A stretch of 64,000 nt of DNA from a virus. Shown piece by piece: positions 8,767-18,807 of the stretch. Made by a program: the position numbers and the translations under genes. The first letter of the stretch is position 1. Every line of letters begins with the position of its first letter. The notes under the pieces are model-generated. The model did not search any database. It was not told the origin of the DNA and saw only the letters and a list, made by a program, of their open reading frames with translations. The stretch is from IMG/VR virus record IMGVR_UViG_3300045988_037604; one strand, given 5' to 3'.

Positions 8767-8975
8767 AGTGGCATATCTATTATAGTTTGTGTATTACCAT
8801 CATAAATTTCAGGAGCATCATTGGTTATCATATAAGATATATTATTTGGATTATAACCTTCTTTAGATAACCAATAATCAACAACTTCGTTTTCAGTAGG
8901 AGCAATATTTTCATATTCACTAATATCATGAATTTCAATTTGACCCGAATTATAATTTAAAATACTTATCCACAT
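8763..8975 (-). CDS. hypothetical protein
   Basis: 70-aa ORF with a 4-nt overlap with its neighbour. Confidence 0.5.
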   Translation of the reverse strand: MWISILNYNSGQIEIHDISEYENIAPTENEVVDYWLSKEGYNPNNISYMITNDAPEIYDGNTQTIIDMPL

Positions 8976-8977
8976 AA

Positions 8978-9976
8978 TTATTTATTTATAAGTTTAACTA
9001 ATTTATCAGCAAGTTCTTTCATACAAGGATGAACTTTACCACTAGCTTCATTACTACGTAATTTAAGCCAATGCTGCCAATCACCAACAAAAGCAGTATG
9101 AACTACTTGAGTTTTAGTATTAAGAGGAAGAATTTCTCTAGCTTGTTGAGCAGTCCAACCAAGTTCAATACATTTACAATATACAAGATTTGCTATTTGA
9201 AGACCATAAAGAAACCAATTTATAGCAGTCCAATTTTTAGTAAAATGAGGTACAATCTTATTATCATTACATATTTCATTATCGGAATATAATCCAGTAA
9301 GATAACCTTGACAAGCAGAATTAGCAATGTCAATCCAAGGAACTTTAGCAACACTTATATTATTACCAAATTTATCAGCATTATAACGACAATAACGAGT
9401 AGATTCTTCACTTATACTATTAACTCTATGACGATTTAATTCACGACTAGCGCCAATATCTGTTATAAAATTAACAGTAGTTCTTTCTATGTAATAAGGA
9501 CAATTAGGAGTATTATCTATAAATTCAAGAGTATCAATAGCGTAATTTTCTATTATTACTCTAAGATTTGTAGTAACATAGAGATACCCCTCATGTTCAT
9601 TGGTTTTACTATATTTATTGGTTCTATATATATTTTCCCATATAGCAGCAGCTCTAGGCATAAAACCAGGAAATTTAAGATGAACTGTACCATGTTCACA
9701 ACAACTTAAATGAAGACTTGTTAAATCTACATTACCATAAGCATTTGGAGAAAGTTTTCCTTTAGAAGAATTATTAGGGTCTACTTTATGATAGCCAAAG
9801 AAATCATGTCCTTTAAAAATAGTTCTAAGAAGAAAATTATAAGCATCTTCATCTTTACTTTTAGAAGTACTTTGATAACAAACTCTAGCACATCTAGCTA
9901 TATGTTTCCAAATAGCATCAAGAGTATAACCTTCTTGTTTCCAAATTTCAACACTAGGATTTACAACTTTAATCAT
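8978..9976 (-). CDS. thyX: flavin-dependent thymidylate synthase ThyX
   Basis: 332 aa. The ThyX signature RHRxxSxxxxSxRY is present as RHRVNSISEESTRY. Confidence 0.85.
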   Translation of the reverse strand: MIKVVNPSVEIWKQEGYTLDAIWKHIARCARVCYQSTSKSKDEDAYNFLLRTIFKGHDFFGYHKVDPNNSSKGKLSPNAYGNVDLTSLHLSCCEHGTVHLKFPGFMPRAAAIWENIYRTNKYSKTNEHEGYLYVTTNLRVIIENYAIDTLEFIDNTPNCPYYIERTTVNFITDIGASRELNRHRVNSISEESTRYCRYNADKFGNNISVAKVPWIDIANSACQGYLTGLYSDNEICNDNKIVPHFTKNWTAINWFLYGLQIANLVYCKCIELGWTAQQAREILPLNTKTQVVHTAFVGDWQHWLKLRSNEASGKVHPCMKELADKLVKLINK

Positions 9977-9978
9977 AA

Positions 9979-10242
9979 TTACAATTCAATTAATTTTTCA
10001 CTTAAACAAAAATTAAAAGCTTTATTAATAGCTTCTTCAGGAGTATCACCAGTAATATTACATATTGCATCATTTTCATCATCAATCCACTCTACTTGAT
10101 AATTTTTATTATAATAATATAAAGTTGGTGTATATCCTTCATCTTGTTGTTTATCTACTTTTGTAAGTTCTCCTTCTTCAAACATAGTTATATTAGGAAG
10201 AAGAACAAATTTTTCAAGAGCACTTAATTTACTTTTATCCAT
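9979..10242 (-). CDS. hypothetical protein
   Basis: 87-aa acidic ORF in the array. Confidence 0.5.
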   Translation of the reverse strand: MDKSKLSALEKFVLLPNITMFEEGELTKVDKQQDEGYTPTLYYYNKNYQVEWIDDENDAICNITGDTPEEAINKAFNFCLSEKLIEL

Positions 10243-10244
10243 AA

Positions 10245-10895
10245 TTATTTTTCTTCACACATATTAGAAGCTTTCCAATTATCACTAACAGCAATTACTT
10301 GCCGTTTATTGTTATTAGTGACTATAATCATAGAACCATCTTTATTTTCATTATATACAAAGCCATCATCGTCTTTATATAAACCTTCAAAACCATAAGT
10401 TGCATGAATTTCTCCAGTAACATCTTCATAAGTTTCTTCATCTAAAAGATGAATTTTGTTTGTACGAAGAAGTTGATATAGTTCTATATAAACAGTATTG
10501 TCTTTATTACTTTTTATATGTTCAACAACTTTTTTATTTTCTTGATTGTATTTATCTTTCCAAGCCAATAACATATTACAATAATTAGCTAAATCTTGAA
10601 TAGTATCAAACATACTTTCATCTTCAACATTAGGTTTATTATCACCTTGAAATTCATCTTCAATAAGATGAATTAAACGATTAGCTTTATCATACATTCT
10701 AGCTAGACCATATCTATAACCTAGTTTATCACAACCTTTATTGAAAGCATTACCATAATCAGCATTCTTTTTAGCCATAAGATTAAGCATCTTATTTTGC
10801 TGGTCACGTAAAGCAACAACTTCAGGAGTAATAAGTTCTTTTGGAACTACTCCATTAAGAGCAGCTTTCCAATACTTTAAATCATTTTCTGTCAT
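10245..10895 (-). CDS. DUF1599 / MazG-like domain protein
   Basis: 216 aa. The N-terminal ~110 aa (NADYGNAF...YGLARMYDKANRL) resemble the all-alpha DUF1599 / NTP pyrophosphohydrolase fold. Confidence 0.4.
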   Translation of the reverse strand: MTENDLKYWKAALNGVVPKELITPEVVALRDQQNKMLNLMAKKNADYGNAFNKGCDKLGYRYGLARMYDKANRLIHLIEDEFQGDNKPNVEDESMFDTIQDLANYCNMLLAWKDKYNQENKKVVEHIKSNKDNTVYIELYQLLRTNKIHLLDEETYEDVTGEIHATYGFEGLYKDDDGFVYNENKDGSMIIVTNNNKRQVIAVSDNWKASNMCEEK

Positions 10896-10913
10896 AATTA
10901 TTATTTTATTAAA

Positions 10914-12386
10914 TTAAACATTAATTGTTCCTACAGCACTAATAGTTTTTCCACTAGATAAATGAATCAAATGATTTTCCATACATTCAACAGTAGTTTT
11001 ATCTAGAGGAAAACTAAGTCTATCTTGCAGATTATAATATCTAGCAAAATTTTTAATATCATCAAACCATAATATGTGACACCCTATACAGAATTTCCAT
11101 TCTTTATAACCTAATTTATCAGGTCTATCACAATAACATCTAATAGCATCAACAAATTTATCTTCATAAGAAATACTTGATACACAAAATGAACCAATTC
11201 TAAATTCATCATGTTTAAAACTAAAAATAGTTTTACCACTAAGAATATAATTAGTATAAAGTTGATTAAATACATTAATAGCAACATCAAGAGGAACTAA
11301 AGCACCACGACTAGTTTCAACCCAATTAGGTCTACCAGGTTTAAGTCTAAGCTGAGTATTACTAAATTGATATTGTAATCTACGACGAATAGGAGTAATA
11401 GTTCTTTTCTTTTCATTGACATAATAATCAATATATGAAAGAATATTATTAGAATCACTTCCTTTTCTCCAATAATCAATATTATTCTTTGACTCAATTA
11501 AAGCAGCCCTACGATTAACTCCAGCTTTAATATTATATTTTTCTACTTTTTCAAGAAAAGCTTTATAATTAGCTTTATCTTTATCTTCTATTTCTTTAGC
11601 ATATTCATCAGACCATTTTTCATTAACTTCTTTCCAACTAATTCCTTTACAATAACAGAACTTTGTATAGAACTTACATTTCTTAATATGAAGTTTTTGT
11701 TCATCAGTAAACAAATTATCATTAAGAATATTTTTTATAGAAGGAAATGGAACTTTAAAATTACTAATATAAATATCTTTATTTGATAAACGTTTAACTT
11801 TAGGAACAAATCTATATTTATCAGCTAAATATTTTATTTCATTGAAATATTTAGTTCTATTACAAGTTGTATAACTATTATTAAGAATATATTTACTTAC
11901 ACTATTAAGTACTTTATACTCATTATAAAAAGTTTCAATATATTGTTTAATAATATATTTTATATGTGTATTAATAAGTATCTTTTTATTTTTTGTTTCA
12001 GTTATATTATAAATAGGAATAAGTTCATCAGTTTTATAAATACTATAACCACTAGGAAGACCTCTTTCAATATCCCAAGCATATTCAGTATCTACTTTAA
12101 TTACAGCTATTTTATGTTTACGGTCAATAATTGCCATACAAGAATCTTTAACTCCTTTATACCAATTTTCACTATCCCAATTATCTTTAATATATTCAGG
12201 AGTAAGTTTCTCACCTAAACTTTTACCTCTATGAAAGAAATAGCCATAACCAAAACAATAAGGATGATAAGTACTTTCAAACCATCCAGGTTCATCACGA
12301 TGAATACCTTCGTGAATACCTTCATGTTGACAAAATATATGTTTAATTCTTTTCTTAGGTTCAGCACCTACTTTACTTTTAACCAT
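10914..12386 (-). CDS. hypothetical protein (490 aa)
   Basis: Long ORF. Only a duplicated HEGIHEGIH near the N-terminus and a Cys/His cluster (CIGCH) near the C-terminus were noticed. Confidence 0.6.
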   Translation of the reverse strand: MVKSKVGAEPKKRIKHIFCQHEGIHEGIHRDEPGWFESTYHPYCFGYGYFFHRGKSLGEKLTPEYIKDNWDSENWYKGVKDSCMAIIDRKHKIAVIKVDTEYAWDIERGLPSGYSIYKTDELIPIYNITETKNKKILINTHIKYIIKQYIETFYNEYKVLNSVSKYILNNSYTTCNRTKYFNEIKYLADKYRFVPKVKRLSNKDIYISNFKVPFPSIKNILNDNLFTDEQKLHIKKCKFYTKFCYCKGISWKEVNEKWSDEYAKEIEDKDKANYKAFLEKVEKYNIKAGVNRRAALIESKNNIDYWRKGSDSNNILSYIDYYVNEKKRTITPIRRRLQYQFSNTQLRLKPGRPNWVETSRGALVPLDVAINVFNQLYTNYILSGKTIFSFKHDEFRIGSFCVSSISYEDKFVDAIRCYCDRPDKLGYKEWKFCIGCHILWFDDIKNFARYYNLQDRLSFPLDKTTVECMENHLIHLSSGKTISAVGTINV

Positions 12387-12396
12387 ATCTTTAATA

Positions 12397-12528
12397 TTAT
12401 AAGTTTATAAACTTTAAAAATATAGACATCTTGAATAACAAATCAATTATTATCAAGAAGATAAATATTATTGGAAGAATTATATATATAAAACATCCAA
12501 TATTATCTGTTTTATTTTCTTTATTCAT
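12397..12528 (-). CDS. small membrane protein (below ORF-track cutoff)
   Basis: 43 codons, MNKENKTDNIGCFIYIILPIIFIFLIIIDLLF..., with one TM helix. ATG at 12526-12528, TAA at 12397-12399. Confidence 0.35.
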   Translation of the reverse strand: MNKENKTDNIGCFIYIILPIIFIFLIIIDLLFKMSIFLKFINL

Positions 12529-12593
12529 AACATTTTATTCAGTACAATTATAATTATTCATTTTATTTAATATTTCAAATTCTTATTTGTTCA

Positions 12594-12601
12594 CAAATAT
12601 A
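12594..12601 (-). promoter_or_regulatory. candidate Bacteroidota-type -7 box (leftward)
   Basis: Plus strand caaatata equals TATATTTG on the minus strand. It lies in a 314-nt gap, upstream of a partial copy of the shared leader element (12563-12585). Confidence 0.35.
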
Positions 12602-12675
12602 ATCATTTCTGATTAATTATATTACAGACATAATAAAACCGCTCACGTAAAAGAAAAACTGCATAAATGCGAATA

Positions 12676-12694
12676 TTTCCTACGGGGCGGTTAT
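12676..12694 (+). repeat. GC-rich dispersed motif copy (variant, intergenic)
   Basis: tttcctacggggcggttat, 7 nt beyond the stop of gene 12701..13051. The leftward RNA would read CCGCCCCGUAGGAAA. Confidence 0.9.
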
Positions 12695-12700
12695 ATTGAT

Positions 12701-13051
12701 TTAATGAAATCTATAGACTTCACCATCTTCTTGAGAAGAATCAAGTATAAGATTAATATTTATATCTTTACTTATTCCTTTAAAACAATTATCATATACA
12801 GAACCTAAATTATATTTAAGTCGATTATAATTATCCTTAATAGTCTTAGCATAAGGTCTATCAGGAATAATATTATCAGAAGTAATAAGATAAAATTCTT
12901 CTTTATCAGTATTAGGATTATATCTTTTACCAAAAGCATAATAAGTTCTATATTTGATTTGCTTGCTAACTATACGTTTATTATTATAGTCAAGCCAAGT
13001 CTTTTTTTTATCTATTTTATTATCTACTTTATCATAAGCTGCGAGATTCAT
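12701..13051 (-). CDS. hypothetical protein
   Basis: 116-aa ORF in the array. Confidence 0.55.
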   Translation of the reverse strand: MNLAAYDKVDNKIDKKKTWLDYNNKRIVSKQIKYRTYYAFGKRYNPNTDKEEFYLITSDNIIPDRPYAKTIKDNYNRLKYNLGSVYDNCFKGISKDININLILDSSQEDGEVYRFH

Positions 13052-13054
13052 AGT

Positions 13055-13483
13055 TTAATCATTATAAGTTTGAGTACAAAAATTAATATCATCATCATAG
13101 ATATTAAACTCATCAAGATTAATTACATAGCCCATATTATCTTCAGGAACAAATATTCCCAATTGAAGAACACCAACATTAATTTTAGAAGTAACATTAG
13201 CTGGTTTTTCAGATATAGATAAATCAAGTAATAATGAAATTATAGTCATTTTAGTAATAACACCTATATGTTTTTTAGGAATATATGTATTTCCATAAGT
13301 GTTAATACATCTTTCTTGATTAGTTGGAACATAATGAATTTTAGAACCTACTCTAAGACCAGAATGTTTATTAATTATTTCTCTTATAGAGAAATTAATA
13401 TTATCTTCTGTTTCTCCATTAATTCTCATTTGCTGTTCTTTAATATAAGCTTCAGCAATACCTTCTAAAAGACCTTCAATCAT
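13055..13483 (-). CDS. hypothetical protein
   Basis: 142-aa ORF in the array. Confidence 0.55.
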   Translation of the reverse strand: MIEGLLEGIAEAYIKEQQMRINGETEDNINFSIREIINKHSGLRVGSKIHYVPTNQERCINTYGNTYIPKKHIGVITKMTIISLLLDLSISEKPANVTSKINVGVLQLGIFVPEDNMGYVINLDEFNIYDDDINFCTQTYND

Positions 13484-13492
13484 AATTATAAT

Positions 13493-14683
13493 TTAATTAA
13501 TTGTTATAACTTTGGCATGAAAAGGAACTTGATTAACTCCGCTTCTCTCACGAAATTCTACAATAGCATATTTACCGATATATTTATCTTTATCTTTAAG
13601 AATCATTTCTTGATAAGTATGACTAGCATTTATAGTACATTCAAATTGATTATCATTAATATCATTTTGAAGAACTAGTTTACATAAATCTTTTCTAACT
13701 CCTTCAGGAATAATATCAATAATTTTAAATTTGCCATCATCAACTCGTTTGTATTTAAACATAGCAGCATTACGTTTACCAAATTGATATTCAGATAAAG
13801 GATTACGAATAATAAGACCTTCAAAACCAAGAGAAATAAATTTATCTCTATATCTTGTAGCTTCATTAAAATTTGTAATTAGAACATCAGGTAAAAGTAT
13901 TAATTGAGATTTATTATTAAGATGTTGTGTAATATCTTCAAAAGTATAACAAAGTTTTTTAATGTTTTCTTTTCTAAAGTTACTACGAGTTTCAGCATTC
14001 ATATTCTCAATCAAAACATCATAACACCAATATTGAAGAAGTTTATGTTGAGGAAGAGTAGGATTCTTAACAAAACTATTTATATTATTTACAGTTTGTC
14101 CAGGAATATAAAGTTCTCCATCAAGACAAGCTCCTTCATCAAGCATAGCATCAATCAATTCATCATATAGATTTGGAAGAATAATATCATCCATCCAACT
14201 AAGTTGATTCCAAAGAGTTCCTTCTCTAGAATGATATACAAGTTTAATAGGTTTAAACATATCATTAGTTTTTTGAGCACTAATTATACATCTAACACCA
14301 TTAATCTTATATTGTCCTAAGAAAGGAGTTTTAAGAAAAGGTTTATTATCTTTGAGAACTTTAGCAAGCATCGGAAATATAAATCCATCGCTAGTAGTAT
14401 TGTTTTTAGGAAGATAAGTATTAAGATAATTAATTAAACCTATAGTATCAAGTATTTTATCAGGTCCACTATCTTTTAATTCACAAAGTTGTTTATAACC
14501 TTCTTTACGTTTAGCCTTAATTCTAGATTCAACTTCATTAGCTTTAACTAATTTCTTAGGAATACTTTCTTGATGACCATTACAACCAACAATACCATAA
14601 TCTAAAAGAATATTACCTTTAAAACCTTCTTGTATAGACCAATATTGAGGTTCACCTTTAGCATTTCTTTTGTATAAAATCAT
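13493..14683 (-). CDS. ATP-dependent DNA ligase
   Basis: 396 aa. Nucleotidyltransferase motif I as YKINGVR (KxDG-like), motif IV EGLIIRN, motif V FKYKR. Confidence 0.7.
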   Translation of the reverse strand: MILYKRNAKGEPQYWSIQEGFKGNILLDYGIVGCNGHQESIPKKLVKANEVESRIKAKRKEGYKQLCELKDSGPDKILDTIGLINYLNTYLPKNNTTSDGFIFPMLAKVLKDNKPFLKTPFLGQYKINGVRCIISAQKTNDMFKPIKLVYHSREGTLWNQLSWMDDIILPNLYDELIDAMLDEGACLDGELYIPGQTVNNINSFVKNPTLPQHKLLQYWCYDVLIENMNAETRSNFRKENIKKLCYTFEDITQHLNNKSQLILLPDVLITNFNEATRYRDKFISLGFEGLIIRNPLSEYQFGKRNAAMFKYKRVDDGKFKIIDIIPEGVRKDLCKLVLQNDINDNQFECTINASHTYQEMILKDKDKYIGKYAIVEFRERSGVNQVPFHAKVITIN

Positions 14684-15165
14684 TTTATTTTTAATTTTAT
14701 ATTTCCAAGTATAGCTTTTCTTATATCAGCATTTAAAGACTTTTGTTGAATTTTATTATTTTCAAATCCATCAATAGTAGCTTCTTTTACTTTCTTACGA
14801 GTAGTACGAGCATTTTTTACTTTTTTAGATTTATCATAAATTATAGGAGGATTATCTTTTTCATATTTAAGATTAGCTTTATGAATTTCAGCAATCTTAT
14901 TATAATATAAAGAAAGTTTATCTTCTTCATCATCTGATAAATATGTATCAAGCATATATGCAAGTTTAGACATTTCATATTGATAAGGAGTACCTATAGT
15001 TTGCATTAATCTTAGACCATTAACTATTCTAGTACAATCTAAATAATGTAATTGATTTTCTATAGCTTTATCAATACCATATTCAGCAACAGAATTACTA
15101 CAAATTCTTTTTATACTATCATCAAGAGGAATAATATATCTTTTAGAAATAGGAAAATCTCTCAT
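14680..15165 (-). CDS. hypothetical protein
   Basis: 161-aa ORF with a 4-nt overlap with the ligase gene. Confidence 0.55.
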   Translation of the reverse strand: MRDFPISKRYIIPLDDSIKRICSNSVAEYGIDKAIENQLHYLDCTRIVNGLRLMQTIGTPYQYEMSKLAYMLDTYLSDDEEDKLSLYYNKIAEIHKANLKYEKDNPPIIYDKSKKVKNARTTRKKVKEATIDGFENNKIQQKSLNADIRKAILGNIKLKIK

Positions 15166-15166
15166 G

Positions 15167-15622
15167 TCATCTAGTTTTAAATATTAAAACTCTATCAGGT
15201 TTACCTAATACTCCATAAGTATAACGACAAACTTCTGCTATATTACTACATTCACAACTTCTATATCTTTTAATAGGACTTCTACAAGTATGAGTTTTTA
15301 AATCATAATCTATAGGAATATGTACTACTTTATTAAAATGTATAAGTTCTTGTAACTGATAATAATCATCAGAGTTTATATTAAAATCTATATGACCATA
15401 ACAAATAACATTACCTCTACCATTAGGAATATTAAAAGTTTTGTCATTTCTAGTTATTTTTATAGCTTCTCCTTTATCTAATTTAATTTCCTCTTTTTCT
15501 GTTATATATGTCATTACGATGTCAATACCATCACGTTCAGTACGGCAAATCAAAGTTTGATAGCCTTTCATAATAGGCATCGGAATTACATAGATTTTCT
15601 TTTCTGTATCGTAGTTCGACAT
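15167..15622 (-). CDS. hypothetical protein
   Basis: 151-aa ORF. If the ATG at 15622 is used, its first 86 nt overlap the primase 3' end. An internal start (MPIMKGY...) is possible. Confidence 0.5.
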   Translation of the reverse strand: MSNYDTEKKIYVIPMPIMKGYQTLICRTERDGIDIVMTYITEKEEIKLDKGEAIKITRNDKTFNIPNGRGNVICYGHIDFNINSDDYYQLQELIHFNKVVHIPIDYDLKTHTCRSPIKRYRSCECSNIAEVCRYTYGVLGKPDRVLIFKTR

Positions 15623-16808
15623 AACTAAGAGTTTCTTTAATAAATTTATCTATTTCATCTTTAGTGTATTTATCATGCAAATCTGCAAAATCTTTACATC
15701 CATAATCACTAAGACCAAATTCACCACAAGTAATAAATAAATAAGGAATATTATATGTTTCTAGAAGATATTCAGCTCCTTCTCGACCAGTTCTGTCAAA
15801 ATCTAGAAAACTAAGTATCATTCCATTATTAGATAATTTCTTTTTTATCCATTCATATTCATTAGCTTTAAGTCTATAATTCTCACTAGGAAGATTAATT
15901 ACTCCTATTTTTAGAAGTTTTCCAGCCCCCCCGTAAAGAGGTTTGTTTGTTAAATGACTTCCTAAACTAAGTCTATCTTTACTACTTTTAGTAATTATAA
16001 TATAATCATAATCATCTAATTCAAGATTAGGTAGACCTTCGAGAACATTACAATTAGTAATAAACTTTAAATCAATATGTCTATTCCTAAGAGGAAAATA
16101 TAGTTTAATCAAATAAATACCTTGTTTATTTTGTCCAAGCATATAAGCATAACAAGGGTCTTTACTAACATATCTATATTTAGGTTCAGGATTAGAACTT
16201 CTATTGATGTAATATTGGTCAACAGGAATTACAAAATGAGTATTAAGATAAGCAAGATTTACATTCCATTTATCCCATATTCTTTTATCTTCTTTATTCC
16301 ATGAACGTGGAACAAGTTCAATAATAGCTTTACGATCTTTACTTTTAAATAAAGCATTTTTTATATCATCATCTGTAGAATAATCATGTTCACGATTATC
16401 TATAACATCTGCAAATGTTCTATAAATATGTTTTAATATAAAATAAAAATCTTGTTTGTTATCAGTACTAATAAGTCTTTCATAAGCAATACTAAGAACA
16501 TAAGCTACAACTCCATATACATCTTCAAAGAAACCAAAACCTCCAAAATCTCTGACTTTAAGTCTACCTTTTCTATTATAAGCAATACCCATACTACCAT
16601 CAGTATCATCATCTCTAAATACAGATTTTATAAGATTATTATGTTCAATACAATTTTGAACAGTTTCTATGGGAATATTTAGATATTTACTTACAATATC
16701 TTCTTGACTTATACGAGATTCAATAAATGCTTTAGTTAAATGAGCAGTATTTATATTTCGTTTCATATTATACTTAAAAAGAAAAGGGATAACATGAGTT
16801 GCACTCAC
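15537..16808 (-). CDS. DNA primase (Toprim-containing)
   Basis: 423 aa. Acidic Toprim-like motif FLDFDRTGREGA. Located among replication genes. Confidence 0.55.
   Translation of the reverse strand: MSATHVIPFLFKYNMKRNINTAHLTKAFIESRISQEDIVSKYLNIPIETVQNCIEHNNLIKSVFRDDDTDGSMGIAYNRKGRLKVRDFGGFGFFEDVYGVVAYVLSIAYERLISTDNKQDFYFILKHIYRTFADVIDNREHDYSTDDDIKNALFKSKDRKAIIELVPRSWNKEDKRIWDKWNVNLAYLNTHFVIPVDQYYINRSSNPEPKYRYVSKDPCYAYMLGQNKQGIYLIKLYFPLRNRHIDLKFITNCNVLEGLPNLELDDYDYIIITKSSKDRLSLGSHLTNKPLYGGAGKLLKIGVINLPSENYRLKANEYEWIKKKLSNNGMILSFLDFDRTGREGAEYLLETYNIPYLFITCGEFGLSDYGCKDFADLHDKYTKDEIDKFIKETLSYVELRYRKENLCNSDAYYERLSNFDLPY
15924..15941 (-). repeat. GC-rich dispersed motif copy (inside primase ORF, slightly degenerate)
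   Basis: agcccccccgtaaagagg. On the coding strand this reads CTTTACGGGGGGGCT and encodes LYGGA. Confidence 0.75.
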
Positions 16809-16870
16809 ATTATCCCTAACAATAAAATCATAGAACCTATTAGCAGAATTATTCTAAAGATAATTTATCT

Positions 16871-17818
16871 TTAGAAAGGTAAATCATCTGCTGCTCCAGC
16901 AAATGCGGCATTATCAGCAGCATTTGGAATAGGAGAAGCACCAGGAATAGCAATTCCTGCTCCCATACCAGGCATCTGAGGAACACCTACAGAAGGAGTC
17001 TTATTTACTTGCTTTGGAGTAATAGATTCTTTAGCTGCATCTATACGAAGAATTGCTGGAGGATTAGTACCTCTAACAATTTCAATAGCACCACTACCAA
17101 CAAAACCTGTGAAACTCAATTCTCCACCTTTATCTACATTAACCCAATCTCCTTTACGATTACGAACCGCACGAAGAAGTTTAATCCAAACAGGAATAAA
17201 GTTACCATTTGGGTCTTTATATGTAGGTTTAGCAGTCTCTCCATCAGCAAGATTAAAGTTACCATTAAGCATTGCTGCAATATTGTCAAATACATGACGA
17301 TAACCATCAACAACTTCTTGAGGGTCAATAGCTACATATTGAACTTGACCATTCTCATCTTCTGCAAAATCTTCAAATGGAAGAGTCAAAGCATCTTCTT
17401 CTTCAGCAGTCATCTCTCGACCTTTAAAATAGAATATGTCAAGAATGTGCTTACCCCAATTAAGAACATTATCTACTTGCCAAGCATCCTTTCCATCAGG
17501 AATAGTATCTACATTACTTTCAATAGGGAAAAGTGTCTTAGTAACATAACGTCTTTCATTAACATTAGAATGATTACTAGCAAAAGTAAATACAAGACGA
17601 GGAACTCTAAGACCTGTAAAAGCTTTAGCATCAGCATTTACACTCCATTCTACAGAAACAGAATCAAGATGTCCAATAAACAAAGCATTACCAGCAGCAT
17701 CTTTCTCATGAAATTTAAGACGATTAACTGCATGACGACTGTTGTTAATACCTCTACGATTTACTTTCTTTGCAGCACCATTTGCAACTGCTGCTGCATT
17801 TTCTTTTTCATTTGTCAT
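16871..17818 (-). CDS. SSB-like protein
   Basis: 315 aa ending in AGAADDLPF, the acidic D-D-x-P-F tail typical of SSBs, preceded by a Gly/Pro/Ala-rich linker. GC content is visibly higher than in neighbouring genes. Confidence 0.45.
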   Translation of the reverse strand: MTNEKENAAAVANGAAKKVNRRGINNSRHAVNRLKFHEKDAAGNALFIGHLDSVSVEWSVNADAKAFTGLRVPRLVFTFASNHSNVNERRYVTKTLFPIESNVDTIPDGKDAWQVDNVLNWGKHILDIFYFKGREMTAEEEDALTLPFEDFAEDENGQVQYVAIDPQEVVDGYRHVFDNIAAMLNGNFNLADGETAKPTYKDPNGNFIPVWIKLLRAVRNRKGDWVNVDKGGELSFTGFVGSGAIEIVRGTNPPAILRIDAAKESITPKQVNKTPSVGVPQMPGMGAGIAIPGASPIPNAADNAAFAGAADDLPF

Positions 17819-17855
17819 AACTTAATTAAGTTTTTATTGTTTAAAAATTGAGTTT

Positions 17856-17885
17856 AAAAAAGGGAACTGAAACTAATCAGTTCCC
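17856..17885 (-). terminator. intrinsic terminator
   Basis: Stem GGGAACTGA (17862-17870) / TCAGTTCCC (17877-17885). On the minus strand it is followed by UUUUUU. Confidence 0.75.
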
Positions 17886-17909
17886 TTATAAATAATTACT
17901 TGTTAATAA

Positions 17910-18746
17910 TTACTCAGCAGGCTGAGCATCAGTATCAGCATCAGCATCGTCTTTCTTACCGATACGAGAAGGCTTCTCATCTACATAGTCACCAACAGAA
18001 TAAAGAACTACGTCAACATCCTCAAAACCATTACTCATCTTAACAGATACTGGGTTCTTAACATCTACATCAAATACACGCTTAACAGCAGTCTTATCAT
18101 CAAGGTCAGACTTCAACTGCTCCCAAGTAGAAGTATCAGAGAAAGTAAGCTTCAAACCTACACCAGGAGTATTACCATTAGAAGCAACCTTAGCACCAAC
18201 AAAAGCTTGTGTCTCAGGAGATGCAATATCGTTGACAGTAAGATGAGACTTAATCTCCTCATCAGAAGCATCAGCAGAAAGCTCAAACTTCTCAATAAGA
18301 GTCTCACGATTTTCAGCTACAATAGTATCAGCCTGACTAGCAAGAAGCTCCTCCTTCTCCTCATTTGTCATACGAACAGTAGTCATAACTGGAGCACCAG
18401 TCTTAGACTTCTTAGCATAAGCCTTACCGATAAACCAACGAGTAATAGCATTAAGCAAAGTCTGAGCATCAACTTCATTATCAAGGTCAAGGTTATTCTC
18501 CTCAGCAATCTTAATAACCTCCTCATCACGAGTAGCAATAGCATTCTCAGCCCAAGCGAGGTTATTTACAAACATAATATTGTCACCTGTAGACAATACA
18601 AGAGCCTTAGATACAGCAGGAGTAATAGCAAAACCACCCTTTGTAGAAAGAGCAATAAGCTGTGGAGCAACATTAGCAACTACCTTAGCACCGCTATTAA
18701 CAACACTCAAAGAACCCAAACCAAATGATACATTACCTAATTTCAT
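17910..18746 (-). CDS. hypothetical acidic protein, GC-richer codon usage
   Basis: 278 aa with an acidic C-terminus (DDADADTDAQPAE). Many C/G-ending codons. Has its own terminator. Confidence 0.6.
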   Translation of the reverse strand: MKLGNVSFGLGSLSVVNSGAKVVANVAPQLIALSTKGGFAITPAVSKALVLSTGDNIMFVNNLAWAENAIATRDEEVIKIAEENNLDLDNEVDAQTLLNAITRWFIGKAYAKKSKTGAPVMTTVRMTNEEKEELLASQADTIVAENRETLIEKFELSADASDEEIKSHLTVNDIASPETQAFVGAKVASNGNTPGVGLKLTFSDTSTWEQLKSDLDDKTAVKRVFDVDVKNPVSVKMSNGFEDVDVVLYSVGDYVDEKPSRIGKKDDADADTDAQPAE

Positions 18747-18807
18747 AATTGTTTAATTTTAAAAAGTTAATAATATTATTAATTATAACTTCAATATGAA
18801 GTTTATT

